From Alphaproteobacteria bacterium (lineage in GTDB: Bacteria > Pseudomonadota > Alphaproteobacteria > Bin95), in assembly GCA_963665325.3 (NCBI GenBank), contig OZ224045.1, positions 160,001 through 224,000 on the forward strand: 64,000 nucleotides of DNA, in the 5' to 3' direction. Shown here piece after piece: positions 8,928 through 19,800 of this stretch (within the stretch, counting starts at the first letter, position 1; each line of letters starts with the position of its first letter). Under the pieces are notes generated by a model, which made no database searches, was not told the DNA's origin, and was given only the letters and a program-made list of their open reading frames with translations. The translations under genes and the position numbers were made by a program.

Positions 8928-11900
8928 ATGGCGGTCCTGAGAATCGATATCGAGCGGGCTCTCGACGAACTCATCTCCCAGGAAAATGGGATGCGTTTTC
9001 AGGGGCTGGCGGTAGCACTTGGCAGGCAGCGCTGGCCCCAGCTCGTAGCGCATCCGCGCAAGAAGGACTTCGGACTCGATGCTTACGCGCCTGCCAGCCA
9101 GACGCCGGAACTCATAGGTAAAGGGCTTGCTGCCTCGATTACACCGACATTGAAGAAGATTTCAGACGATGTGCAGAGGGCCAATGAGTATTTTGACCTG
9201 GGAGCCCTCCTCTTCGTCACACCAACCACGGTAGGAACCGCCGAAAAGAAACGATGGGAAAAAGCAATTCTTGATGACTATCGGATAGAACTTATTATCT
9301 TCGAGCGTGAGCACATCATTACACAAATGCTGGAACCAGAGAATGCGTCGCTCCGTGCCAGTTTTCTCTATCTCAAAGACGACACTCAGCCGAGCGTGGA
9401 AGACCTCGTCTTCAGAGCAAGGCGTGCGGCGACGACCACTAATCACGGCTGGTCCCGCAGAACTAAAGGGCACCCGCTCATCGACCTCACTGCGGTAGAG
9501 CTTGATCTCTCGCCGCCCGGATCCGTCGAGGCAGAGCCAATCAACGCATTCGCGCTTGAGCAAATCGGTCGGGTGCTGTCGCATGGCGGTCGTATCGTGC
9601 TCGAAGGTCCCGCCGGCCGAGGGAAGACCACGGCGCTGGTAAGGCTCGCACGGGGAGCGGAGGTCACCAGCATACCGTTCATGGTCGACCTTCCCGCATG
9701 GGTGTTATCTCGTCAAACCATCCTGCACTTCATGGCTGGCATGCCTGCGTTCCAGGCTGAAGGTCTAACGCAAGCCGATCTCGCAAAAGTGCAGCAAACA
9801 GAGCCATTCTTGTTCTTGTTGAACGGTTGGAATGAAATTTCGGAGGGGAGTTCGGACTGGGCGGACGCTGCACTTCGGGAACTCGAGAGAGGTTTCCCTA
9901 GCGCAGGCATCATTGTAGCAACTCGCTCCCACCATCTGGCTCCACCGCTGCCCGGGGCGCTACAGCTTCTCCTGTCGCGTGTCCAGCGTCACCAGCGTTC
10001 AGAATATCTTGAAACCCGCCTTGGTGCAGATGCTAAACAACTCCAAGACCGTATTGCTGGCGACCTGTCCCTTGACGAGTTGACCCTTACGCCGTTCATT
10101 CTGTCGGAAGTAGTATCTCTTTATGAAGCTGATGCCAACATTCCCTCTACGAAGATGGGAGTCATCACCCAGGTTATAGCTATTCAGGAACAAAGAGATG
10201 AACATAAAAACGCGCTTCAAATGGCTCCACTCTTCGGCCGGCAAACGGACTATCTGGAGGCTCTGGCGACCAAGATGACCCGTAGTGGTGCGGTGTCACA
10301 GCTTGAAGCCGACGCGCGTGCTTTGGTGGGTACCGTCGCCCACGAACTTATGAACGCTGGGCAGGTCGAGCGAGCAGGGGCACCGGCGATTCTCGCAGCG
10401 CTCTCGGCGCATCATGTTCTCGAGCGAGTCGAATATCCTGAAATCACATTTCGCTTCGATCATCAGCAGTATCAGGAGTACTACGCAGCGCGTTACGTTC
10501 GCACCTGTCTTCTTAGTTTGGTACACGACGAAAACCCTGAGGAGGATGACCGGTTTGCTGACCGTTATGTGAACAGTCCGTCGTGGTCGGAGTCCTTGTG
10601 CATGATCGCCGCCTCGCTTGGTGAAACGGCTAACATTCACAACGTCCATGCCGGCGTGAAGTTAGTGAACATGGCATTTCAGGTGGATTTGCTATTTGCC
10701 TGCGAGCTTTCTCATCTATGCGGTGATGCGGTCTGGCGCAAAGTGCGAGAGACGCTTGGTAATCGTCTTCGGGCCATGTATGCGACATCAGATAGGAATT
10801 ACCAGCACTACGCTATTGCCGCCATGTTCGCGACTGGCGCCGATGAGTTTCGGGATATAACCGTTCCACTGCTGTCTTCGGAGGATCGGCGGACACGGAT
10901 GTGGGCTTATGGTTGCGGAAGACACATGCACACGCACATTCATCTTTCTTCGCTTGGTCCCAACTGGGGAGAAGAAGTGCGTGGCTGGGGCGAAACGGCG
11001 AGGACAGACTTCGTCTCCGAGTTGCTTCATCACCGCCCTGATGGCGACATTGCGTCGTTTGCTTCCGAAGACGAAAGCGCTGCGGTCAAGAAGGCGGCGA
11101 CATTCGGCCTTATTTGGACCGGTGCCGAGGAAGCGCTAACCAAAGTTCTTAAAACGATGGATATGAAGGCGCTTCAAGAAGTTGCCCGCGCAAAACCGGA
11201 TCGCTTGCCGCAGGCCATCAGGCCAGACGCTATTGCGGCATTGCGGAAGATCGTCGAGATTTCCGTCGATCCTCGCGTACGCCTGCAAACGGCACTCAGT
11301 TTAGTCGATCTGGGAGAACCAGGCGTGGACGGTGTCGTCAAGGACGCGCTGTCGGCAATACCTGAGGTCGATGTGGGCGAACTGAGATGGGATTTCATTG
11401 TGCCGGCGCTTCAGTATCTCCATGAAGTCGACCCTGCCTGGACCAGCGAATGGGTAGCAGCGCAGGTCGCCGAAGGCCCTCTCTACGCACACGAGCAATG
11501 GTTACCGTTCGTCACCGCCATTCCAGGCGAGGTCGTCGAGACATACCTAAAGCGTCTTGAGAACGAAGACCTCGGGGATTCCCGTCCTGAAGGTATGATT
11601 GCGGTGATTGCCGCGCGGAGCGATCCACAGCTCGTTGTACGGGTATTCGCGAGGCTGCGCGATCTAATGCGTAGGGTCGCAGAGAAACCTGGTCAGCACC
11701 ATGAAATCGAATGGCGGGTCATCAGGCAGCTTGAGGCGTTGATTCATCGCCTCCCTGGCAACACAGTAGCGGACGGCATCCTCCGTTGCGTCTCGAATGG
11801 TGACCCTCTTGATATCCGGGCCGCGACAAAGGCTCTTAGCAGAGTTTGCAGGCGCCATCTGGAGCCGCTGCGCATTGCCGACGATGATCTGAGGAACCGT

Positions 11901-13460
11901 CTTCGGCAATTCATCCAGAACGGCGTAAATGTGATTCTCCGTCGGGACGATTTCAGCGGCGACGAGAAAGCCGATCTCGCATCGTGCCTCTCACAGGTCG
12001 GAGAACCTGAAGACATGCCGCTCTTGGTTGACTTGATTCATGCAGATATCGAGAGAATGCGCCGAGGTCGGGCTGCCTTGGTTGCCGGTGACCGCGGACC
12101 GCTCGGCAATGGGGGGGTAGTGCTTCAAGCCGGATGGCTTATTGACGCTGTTTTGGATCTCGACCGGTCGGGTGCGTGTACTGTGCTCATCGAGCTTCTT
12201 CCCGAGCCGGAATACTCTTCCGATGTGGCTTCCGCCATGGCGCGCGAGTTTATGCTGAAATCGGATCACGTTTTTGGGCGACCATTATTCCCCTACGATA
12301 TGATGTGGACTGCCCGTGAAGGTCGGAGTCCATCGTATGATGGCTACGAGCGGCGCAAACGATTCTCTGAAGCCCTTAAAGCCGAAATCGAGCAGCGAAA
12401 GGAACAAGATAAGGAACAAGATGCCGGCATCGTACGACTGGCAACGGCGCTGGCTACAATAGATGGCTACGATTCGGCGGAAATTGTGCTTGAAGCAATT
12501 GCTACACCTAGCCGATGGGAAGAATACAGCTGTGTTGTCGCTGCAGAGCGCTTGCTAATCGCGGGGGTCGTATTACCGGTGGAAACCGCAATTGCCTTAA
12601 TCGACTCCGTCTTGGAGCGGACGGAACACTGGATGCAAGACTCGGACAGATACCTTCTGTGTCGTGTGCTCGCGCTCTTGCCTCTTGTGGATAACCCGGA
12701 GGCAGGGATCGCCAAGGCACGCAGTGTAGTTGGCAGCCGACGGCTCCGAGGCAACGAATTGCACGAACTGGTCACCTCTCTTGGAGAGAGTCGGTCAGAT
12801 GCCGCCGTCGATCTTTTGTGTGAGTTGGCGCGGGACGTGCATATTTTCGGGGGAACTTTAGTCAATGCACTCACCGCGCTCGATACGCCGCGCGCACGCG
12901 AAGCGCTTTTGGGCTGTGTGGATCCGGACCTGCCTGGCGTCGTTTTGGGAGATCGTAGCGCCAGTGACGACGTGTTGGTCGCACGTTTGGCGGAACTCGC
13001 CCGGCGCGTCCTGGAGGTTGATCGCCGACTACGGGAATTATGCGAACTCAACCTTCCAGAAAACAGTCGCCATGTCCTGTCGAGAGTCATGTGCGCGATT
13101 GCTACGCCAGAAGCCCTGTTAGGCAATCTGAACCTGATCGACGATGCTAGACGCCCTCCCGTTCCTCGCGGCGTCTTGGAGCAACTAGAAAGTGTGTTCG
13201 TTCAGCGTGAACCGCAAGACACACAACCAAACGTCTTTACATTACATGCACGAGCCTCCAACAACGTACGAGACCGGTTGTTCAGGATGGCGCTTAAGGA
13301 CCGAAGACGCCAACAATCGGCTTTTTCGCTTCTGGGGCAAATCGAGGTATGGCGTCTCGATTACGGAAAGCCGACCGACGAACCACGTCATCCCGACCTC
13401 TCTTCAGGCTTGTTCTGGCCGATGGCGAGTTCCGATATCAACGACGGTGAGATCTTGTAA
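8928..13460 (+). CDS. STAND/NACHT NTPase with N-terminal nuclease-like domain (Avs-like defence candidate)
   Basis: RFQGLA..KKDFGLDAY N-terminus, Walker A GPAGRGKTT, Walker B-like FLLNGWNE, IIVATR, FRFDHQQYQEYYAA, long helical C-terminus; visibly lower GC. Confidence 0.8.
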   Translation: MAVLRIDIERALDELISQENGMRFQGLAVALGRQRWPQLVAHPRKKDFGLDAYAPASQTPELIGKGLAASITPTLKKISDDVQRANEYFDLGALLFVTPTTVGTAEKKRWEKAILDDYRIELIIFEREHIITQMLEPENASLRASFLYLKDDTQPSVEDLVFRARRAATTTNHGWSRRTKGHPLIDLTAVELDLSPPGSVEAEPINAFALEQIGRVLSHGGRIVLEGPAGRGKTTALVRLARGAEVTSIPFMVDLPAWVLSRQTILHFMAGMPAFQAEGLTQADLAKVQQTEPFLFLLNGWNEISEGSSDWADAALRELERGFPSAGIIVATRSHHLAPPLPGALQLLLSRVQRHQRSEYLETRLGADAKQLQDRIAGDLSLDELTLTPFILSEVVSLYEADANIPSTKMGVITQVIAIQEQRDEHKNALQMAPLFGRQTDYLEALATKMTRSGAVSQLEADARALVGTVAHELMNAGQVERAGAPAILAALSAHHVLERVEYPEITFRFDHQQYQEYYAARYVRTCLLSLVHDENPEEDDRFADRYVNSPSWSESLCMIAASLGETANIHNVHAGVKLVNMAFQVDLLFACELSHLCGDAVWRKVRETLGNRLRAMYATSDRNYQHYAIAAMFATGADEFRDITVPLLSSEDRRTRMWAYGCGRHMHTHIHLSSLGPNWGEEVRGWGETARTDFVSELLHHRPDGDIASFASEDESAAVKKAATFGLIWTGAEEALTKVLKTMDMKALQEVARAKPDRLPQAIRPDAIAALRKIVEISVDPRVRLQTALSLVDLGEPGVDGVVKDALSAIPEVDVGELRWDFIVPALQYLHEVDPAWTSEWVAAQVAEGPLYAHEQWLPFVTAIPGEVVETYLKRLENEDLGDSRPEGMIAVIAARSDPQLVVRVFARLRDLMRRVAEKPGQHHEIEWRVIRQLEALIHRLPGNTVADGILRCVSNGDPLDIRAATKALSRVCRRHLEPLRIADDDLRNRLRQFIQNGVNVILRRDDFSGDEKADLASCLSQVGEPEDMPLLVDLIHADIERMRRGRAALVAGDRGPLGNGGVVLQAGWLIDAVLDLDRSGACTVLIELLPEPEYSSDVASAMAREFMLKSDHVFGRPLFPYDMMWTAREGRSPSYDGYERRKRFSEALKAEIEQRKEQDKEQDAGIVRLATALATIDGYDSAEIVLEAIATPSRWEEYSCVVAAERLLIAGVVLPVETAIALIDSVLERTEHWMQDSDRYLLCRVLALLPLVDNPEAGIAKARSVVGSRRLRGNELHELVTSLGESRSDAAVDLLCELARDVHIFGGTLVNALTALDTPRAREALLGCVDPDLPGVVLGDRSASDDVLVARLAELARRVLEVDRRLRELCELNLPENSRHVLSRVMCAIATPEALLGNLNLIDDARRPPVPRGVLEQLESVFVQREPQDTQPNVFTLHARASNNVRDRLFRMALKDRRRQQSAFSLLGQIEVWRLDYGKPTDEPRHPDLSSGLFWPMASSDINDGEIL

Positions 13461-13480
13461 CCGGCGGGGCATCCTAATCG

Positions 13481-16400
13481 TCACGGTAGATCATTGGGGG
13501 CTGTCGATTCAATCCCCATCCAGCACAGCAATTCAATGTCGTCGCGCTGGATTGGAGGGAGCGGTTCCGGCGGCTTTACGGCTTCCAGCCCGGTCCCGTG
13601 GATCTGTTCGATCAGGAACCGTGAAAGTGCGGCGCCCGCTTGGTCCGTGTTCTCGAACCATCCGCGCAGCAGGGTCTCCTCTCGCCTCGGCCAAGGCGCT
13701 TCGAGAATATCCACGGCTCCGTCGATCCGGGCGGCAGCCATGTCCGGTGGCGGGTTGTCGCGGATAAACGCGGCGACCCGGTGGTTGAGCGGCCTCACTT
13801 TCGGCTGCAGGTTGAGCGGGTCGGTGTTCCACATCCACTCGGAATGAATATCCGCCTGTGCGGCGTTCCAGAAGTCGTAAACGCGCTCCTGCAGGCCGTC
13901 CGGAAACCAGACCGGCGCGTCCTCTTCGCACTCGATCAATCGCAGACAGGTGCCGACCTCCCGGACCACCGATTGTGCCTGGTCCGAGACATCCCAGTTC
14001 CCGTCCGCCGGCACGAAGCGCAGGAAGGTGCGGTCGCCGACAATGGCACAGAAGAAGACGCCCCGGCGCGCGCCCTTTACCATGCCCGAGCCGATCTTCC
14101 AGGGCAGGCCGACGATGCTCTCACGACCCTCTTCCAGCGCCTTGCGAAGCGTCTGGCGATATTCCTCGCCGCTCTGCGCCGCGCTTTCAGTGGCGCCGCG
14201 CTCATAGAGGGTCGCGTCCTCCCGCAAGAGCCTCTCGATTTCTTCCCGCGTCTCCGTAAAGACCTGCCGCCCGCGGGCTGCTCCTTCGATCGGCGCCTCG
14301 ACGCCGACGCTGGCCGCCGCCATGGCGAGCTTGTCGAGTATCCGCTGCTCCAGGTTGAGAAGCCGGTCCAGGCGGTCCGCCGGGAAGACCGTGCGCAGAA
14401 ATACCCGGTTGTGCGGACTGTCGATGCGGTCGATGCGGCCGTGCCGTTGCACCAGCCGCATCGGGTTCCAGGGCATGTCGAAATTGACGATATGCCGGCA
14501 TTGCTGGAGGTTGACGCCTTCGGCCAGCACGTCGGTGGAGATCAGGAGGTCATAGCGGTCTTCGCGGCGATCGGCTGGCGCTTTCATCGAAACCGGCGCA
14601 AACCCCTCGACCGCATCCCGCCGGGATACGTCGTCAAGGTCGCCGGACCCGCTGACGATGGCCATCCGGTCCCGGTAGGGCGCCAGTTCGTCATTGGCGT
14701 CGAGTTCTCCATCAAGGAAATCGCGGATCCACTCGACCGTGTCCTCGAAGAACGAGAATACCAGAACCTTGCGCCTGTTCCTCTCGTCGTCGGCGGTGGT
14801 GCGTTCCGACGACGCCTGCCGGGCAATCTCCGTCAGGGATTTCGAGAGCATCCGGAGCTTCGGGTCGCGCGCCGCCGTGATTTCGACGGCAGCGTCGAAC
14901 AGACCCCGAAGCATGTCGAGGTCGCGCTGCACATCGCCGCGGAGCCGTTCCGCATCGTAGGCGCCGGCCTCGTTCCGGTTTTCCGTCCCGGCAAGGACAT
15001 CCTCGAAGATGCCGTGATCGTCCGCCGACAGTTCCTTCATGAAGGCTGTCGTCACGACGAAGCCTTCATCCAGAGCGCGGAGGAAGGTTTCGTGCTCCCG
15101 AACCATTTTCCTGACGGTCTGGCGGAAGGCGAAGACGGAGGATTCGAAGCGTTTGAGGAGCCCGGAACGCAGAAGTCCAACCATCGCCTGGGCCCGCGCT
15201 TCGTCCTCAGGCTCGACGCCTTCGCGCAGATAGACGTTCGGCATATAGCGCGAGAACGCGATGGCGCCCGGGCTCTCGGGATCGAGGGCTTCGTCAAGCA
15301 GGTCGAAGAAGCCCGGCAACGCCTCGTCGAGATTATAATGGACGCTGATGGCCTGCGGCGTCGGGAACACGATCGGCATCGGCGCGCCGTCCGGCCCGGT
15401 AATGTGGTCGTTGGCGTAGTGCCGTCTCACGAATTCCCGGGTCCGCTTGACCGTGGTGGCGTCAATGATCGGATAGAGCAGGTCCGGGTTGAGGTTCGCC
15501 GGATCCTCGCGCATCGCAGCCACGAACCGCTGCCGGATCGAAACGATCCCCCTGTCCGCGAAATGGGCATCCTGGCGCACGAAAAACCGGATCAGGTGAA
15601 AGAGGTCCCACAGGGAGTTGTTCACCGGCGTCGCCGTCAGTAGCAGCAGGTCGCGCCGCTGGCCGAACAGCAGTTGCTCCAGGGCCCGCGCCCGTGTCGG
15701 CGCATCAGGATTGCGGTAGTTGTGCGCTTCATCGACGATCACGAGCTGGTATTCGGCCAGCGGATTCCGGAGATGTCGCCGGTCGGCGTTCTGAAGGTCG
15801 TTCGCCAGCTGCTCGAAGGAGACGCATTCGACGTCGATCCAGAACTCGTTCAGAAACTGGCTCCAGGTGCTGTCGCGCAGCGCCGCTGGACAGACGAGCA
15901 GGGCCCGTTGCCTGCGGCCTCGGTAAATCCCGAGAATTTCGCCGGCGATGAAGGTTTTGCCGAGCCCGACCTCGTCGGCGACGATGGCCCCGCCGGTCTC
16001 GCGGATCAGCCGCAGGGCCCGAGCGACACCGTGGGTCTGGAAACTGGTGAGCGGAAGGTTTTCGTCGTGCAGCGCCTCCTCCTCAACCTCATCGCCATAG
16101 AGCTGCCAGAGCACCCGGATGAAGATCTCCCAGGGCGTGCGCGGCCGGAGAGCTTCCTCGAACAGTACAGCCAGGTCGTAGGGTTCGGCGTCCTCCCAGA
16201 GATCGTCGAACCATTGTTTTGCCCGGCCGGCGACCGGACGGTCGTAATGGCCGAGATTCAGCTCGAGATTGCCGGTCAGGCCGGCGCTGGTGAGGTTGGA
16301 AGAGCCAGCAATGATCCCTTCGGGGCCGCCGACGGCTCCGTTCGCCGGGGTGAAGATGTAGGCCTTGGCGTGCAGGAATGCCTGTTCGTAGCGCCGCACC

Positions 16401-16819
16401 TCCATATTGCCGGCCTGCAGCGCTGCAATCAGCTTGCGCAGCGCCGTCCCGCTGACCCGCGTAAAGGGCAGGCGGTCGCGCTCCCACTGCAGGGCGTCCT
16501 CCATGCGGTCCAGTCCGGTTCGCAGGCGCCGGCTTTCGAAGGCCGCCTCGGTCTCGTTCAGGCGCCGGCGTTCGGGCGGCGTACGCGCCGCCATGTCCGC
16601 CCCCAACATCAGACGAACAGTGGGGACCGGCCTCAGCCGATCGGCGATGTGGGCGAAACCGGCAGGGCTGAAGAACGCCGTGGCGATGCGCACCTCTTCG
16701 GGCGGGGCGCCCACCCCCGCCAAACCGTCGTCACCGGCCTGTGTGCCCTCCAGAGCCCGGCCCAGCGCCTGCGCGAGGGTGTTGCCGTCCAGGTTGTCGA
16801 TGAAATGCGGGTCGGGCAT
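13481..16819 (-). CDS. PLD-nuclease domain + SNF2-type helicase
   Basis: LHAKAYIF..GSSNLT PLD motif; ADEVGLGKT, VDEAHNYRN, LTATP, STDVLAEGVNLQ, QRHGRIDR. Confidence 0.9.
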   Translation of the reverse strand: MPDPHFIDNLDGNTLAQALGRALEGTQAGDDGLAGVGAPPEEVRIATAFFSPAGFAHIADRLRPVPTVRLMLGADMAARTPPERRRLNETEAAFESRRLRTGLDRMEDALQWERDRLPFTRVSGTALRKLIAALQAGNMEVRRYEQAFLHAKAYIFTPANGAVGGPEGIIAGSSNLTSAGLTGNLELNLGHYDRPVAGRAKQWFDDLWEDAEPYDLAVLFEEALRPRTPWEIFIRVLWQLYGDEVEEEALHDENLPLTSFQTHGVARALRLIRETGGAIVADEVGLGKTFIAGEILGIYRGRRQRALLVCPAALRDSTWSQFLNEFWIDVECVSFEQLANDLQNADRRHLRNPLAEYQLVIVDEAHNYRNPDAPTRARALEQLLFGQRRDLLLLTATPVNNSLWDLFHLIRFFVRQDAHFADRGIVSIRQRFVAAMREDPANLNPDLLYPIIDATTVKRTREFVRRHYANDHITGPDGAPMPIVFPTPQAISVHYNLDEALPGFFDLLDEALDPESPGAIAFSRYMPNVYLREGVEPEDEARAQAMVGLLRSGLLKRFESSVFAFRQTVRKMVREHETFLRALDEGFVVTTAFMKELSADDHGIFEDVLAGTENRNEAGAYDAERLRGDVQRDLDMLRGLFDAAVEITAARDPKLRMLSKSLTEIARQASSERTTADDERNRRKVLVFSFFEDTVEWIRDFLDGELDANDELAPYRDRMAIVSGSGDLDDVSRRDAVEGFAPVSMKAPADRREDRYDLLISTDVLAEGVNLQQCRHIVNFDMPWNPMRLVQRHGRIDRIDSPHNRVFLRTVFPADRLDRLLNLEQRILDKLAMAAASVGVEAPIEGAARGRQVFTETREEIERLLREDATLYERGATESAAQSGEEYRQTLRKALEEGRESIVGLPWKIGSGMVKGARRGVFFCAIVGDRTFLRFVPADGNWDVSDQAQSVVREVGTCLRLIECEEDAPVWFPDGLQERVYDFWNAAQADIHSEWMWNTDPLNLQPKVRPLNHRVAAFIRDNPPPDMAAARIDGAVDILEAPWPRREETLLRGWFENTDQAGAALSRFLIEQIHGTGLEAVKPPEPLPPIQRDDIELLCWMGIESTAPNDLP

Positions 16820-19800
16820 TCACCGCCTCCCGGTCCAGGATCGGTAGTGGCGCAGCACCGCGTCCAGGCGGTCCTGGTAATCCCAGCCTTCGTGGAAGGT
16901 CTCGAAGACATGAACAAGCTGGGACTCGTTCAGGTCGTAGAGATGGGCGACCAGGGCGTCGAGTTCGTGGATCATGTCGTCCTTTTCGATGGCCGCCAGA
17001 GGACCGCACTCGACGCCGACGGCATCGGCCCAGTCCGCGAAACGGTCGTCCGGGCAGGCCAGACGTCCGGCCAGCGCCACAACCCGCTGCCAGCGCAAGT
17101 CGTCCCGGACCGGCCGCGGGATCGGAAACGGGTTGATGATGAAGAAGTTGACACTCACCTCTACAAATCGGCGGGCGTACCAGTCGAGGGGGATGGAGGA
17201 AAGCACACCAAGCAGGAAGGCTTGATCCTGCTTGTCCCCGCGTGGCCAGAGAAAATAGGGACCTTTGTTGGTGACGAATATCTCCGGCGGCAGGAGTGCG
17301 GCACGCACGGTCCGCGTGTCTGTGGACCGAGACACATCCCGAAACGCTACCCGGGGTCCAAAGCTCGGCAACGTGTTGCGGTCCTCCAGATATGCCATAG
17401 GCGAAGGATTCTCTCGCAGATTCGTAAGTAAGAACTCCCGATGAGCGCTGTCACGACTGCTCCGGCCCGCTCGTATGCGCTTCCTCTGAATCCAGTCGAG
17501 GGCGGGGTCCGGGTCAGCCCAGGCGTAATAGGTGCCGGTGTCCGGGTTCCAGATGTCGAAGGACTCGCCCTTGTAAACCGGCCAATAGCCGTCGGGGCAT
17601 ACTGGGCTCGCAACGTCCATTAGCCACTTCTGCTGAGTGGCGTCCATCTCCCGGTCAGGCCGCGCCCGCCATTGCCCTTCCTCGTTCAGGTCCAGTCGCG
17701 GAGCCCTTCGCAACTGCGCGAAGACCTCGACAGAGTCCTCGGAGGGCAGCAAGGGCAGGGATGCAGAGTCGTTCCAGGCCAGCACCTGGCTGCTCTCGAA
17801 AGCGGCCGCGGGCCGCGCTCTGCCGTTCCTGAACGATGACAGCGAAGCGAATGGTCCGCGCAGTCGGATTGATTCGCCTTCGGGCTCACCGTGAGAAATA
17901 CAGACGAGGCCGATCGTGTAGCGATGTTCCGCCTCGTCAAAGACCCAACCGCCGCGATTGAGGAGCATGTCGACATCAAGGCTTGCACAGTTACCGAAGA
18001 CAATGTGGCGAAACTCCGTCGATCCCTTGGCGGCGAGCGCGCTGCGAGGGAGGACGACGCCGATGCGACCGCCTTCCGTCGCACTCAGATGCCAGAACCG
18101 CCAGCAAAAGGCCTTGTAGAGGTCCGGGTCGCCCGTCCCCATGCCAGGATAGCCGCCCCCAACCAGAACCTTCCGCACCCGGTCCGTCTCGGCCAGTTCA
18201 GCATCGTATGCCCTGACCAGATCGGGTCTTTGTTTTCGCAACCGCGCCTGTTCCGCCTCCCGTTCCCGAGATGGCAGTCCGCGCAGTCCCGGGAAATGGC
18301 GCGCCCAAAAGGCATGTTCCTCAAGCGTGGCCTCCTGCCATGGAGGATTGCCGAGGATCACATCGAAGCCCGGACGCTCGCGTAGAAACACCTCCGGGAA
18401 CGCGACCGGGAAATGCAGGACATGCAGGTTGGAAAGGTCCTGTCGAGCGGAGCGAACGGCTTCCAGTGTTTCTTGGTCTTCCTTTTCCTTCTCCCATCGC
18501 TCGAACAAGAAATTGGCGACCTTTTCATCGGTTGAAATCGGGGCTGCTGTCATCAAGTCGCAAAGTGCTTCGGTTGAGCGAATTGCCTGATGTGCTTCGC
18601 GTATCGCCTCGCGGGCATCGGCTACATCCCGCAGCGTAGCGTCGTTGAGATTCGCAAGTCGGTTCAGAGGTCTTGCCGCCTCGCCCAGCAGACTTTCGGC
18701 ATCGACCGCGAACAGCGTTCCCGGGGCTTCGTCCTCCAGCCTCTTCCGGATGTCCTCGATCGTGCCGACCCCGACCAGAGCATTGCCATACACCAGCGTG
18801 TGGTCGAGCACGGATAGCGGAAGTCCGGGGACGAAGGTGTGGATCCAGATGGCCAGCCGGGCAAGCTGCACGGAGAGCGCGTTGACGTCGACGCCGTAGA
18901 TGCAGCGGCGGGCGATCATGCGCCTGAGGAGCTGACCGTCCTCGATGGCTGTCGCTTCGGCCAGTTCGCCGAGTTCACCAAGCGCAACACCCCGCAATGT
19001 GGCCAGTTCCCTGCGAACGCCGGGCAAGTCGCGTCTGGTCAGAAAGTCCGCCATGCCCTTCTCGATCCGGTCGATGGCCGCTACCAGAAAATGGCCCGAA
19101 CCCATGGCGATGTCGGCTACCCGGAAATCGAAAAACGCTTCGGCGGCGCTGGCGCTGTCCATGTCGTCCAGCCGGGCGAAATGCTCGGCAAGCGCCGGTT
19201 CCAGCGCCCCGTCCAGCAGGTGCTCGACCGCAAACGGCTTGGTGTAGTAGCTGCCCGAGGACTTGCGGGCGCCGGACCGGTTGTGGAGATAGACCTCTCC
19301 CTTCTTCACCATGACCGGCCAGCCCGGACGGGCCGGCGAATACCTGCCCTTCTTGTCCAGTGCCAGGTCGCCCGCGGCCAGAGCCAGTTCCGACTCCAGC
19401 AGTCCCTCATAGATCGTGCCGAACTCGCGAACGCCGAGAGACCGGAAGTCGACAGGCCCCGGCACACCGTCCCCGGTCTCGATGACGAGCAGTGCGCGCA
19501 GCGCCGTCTCGAAAATCGCGTTCGGCAATTCCAGCCTCACCAGATCGGCGCCCGCGGGCGACACGCCGGGATCGTCGCTGAACAGGCCGCCATTGTAGGC
19601 GGGCACGCTCCATTCCCGGTTTCCTGCCGCCACCGCTTGCCAGAGCAGGGCGACTTCCTGCCAGTGCGAGCTTCCCTGTGCGATCTCGACGCCCTTGACC
19701 ACGCAGTCGGCGAGTTCCTGAGCCTTCTGCTTCAGCGACCGGCGCCGGTAGGCCTCGCTGAACCGGTAGGGCAGCAGGTCACGGTCTTCCGCATAGGCGA

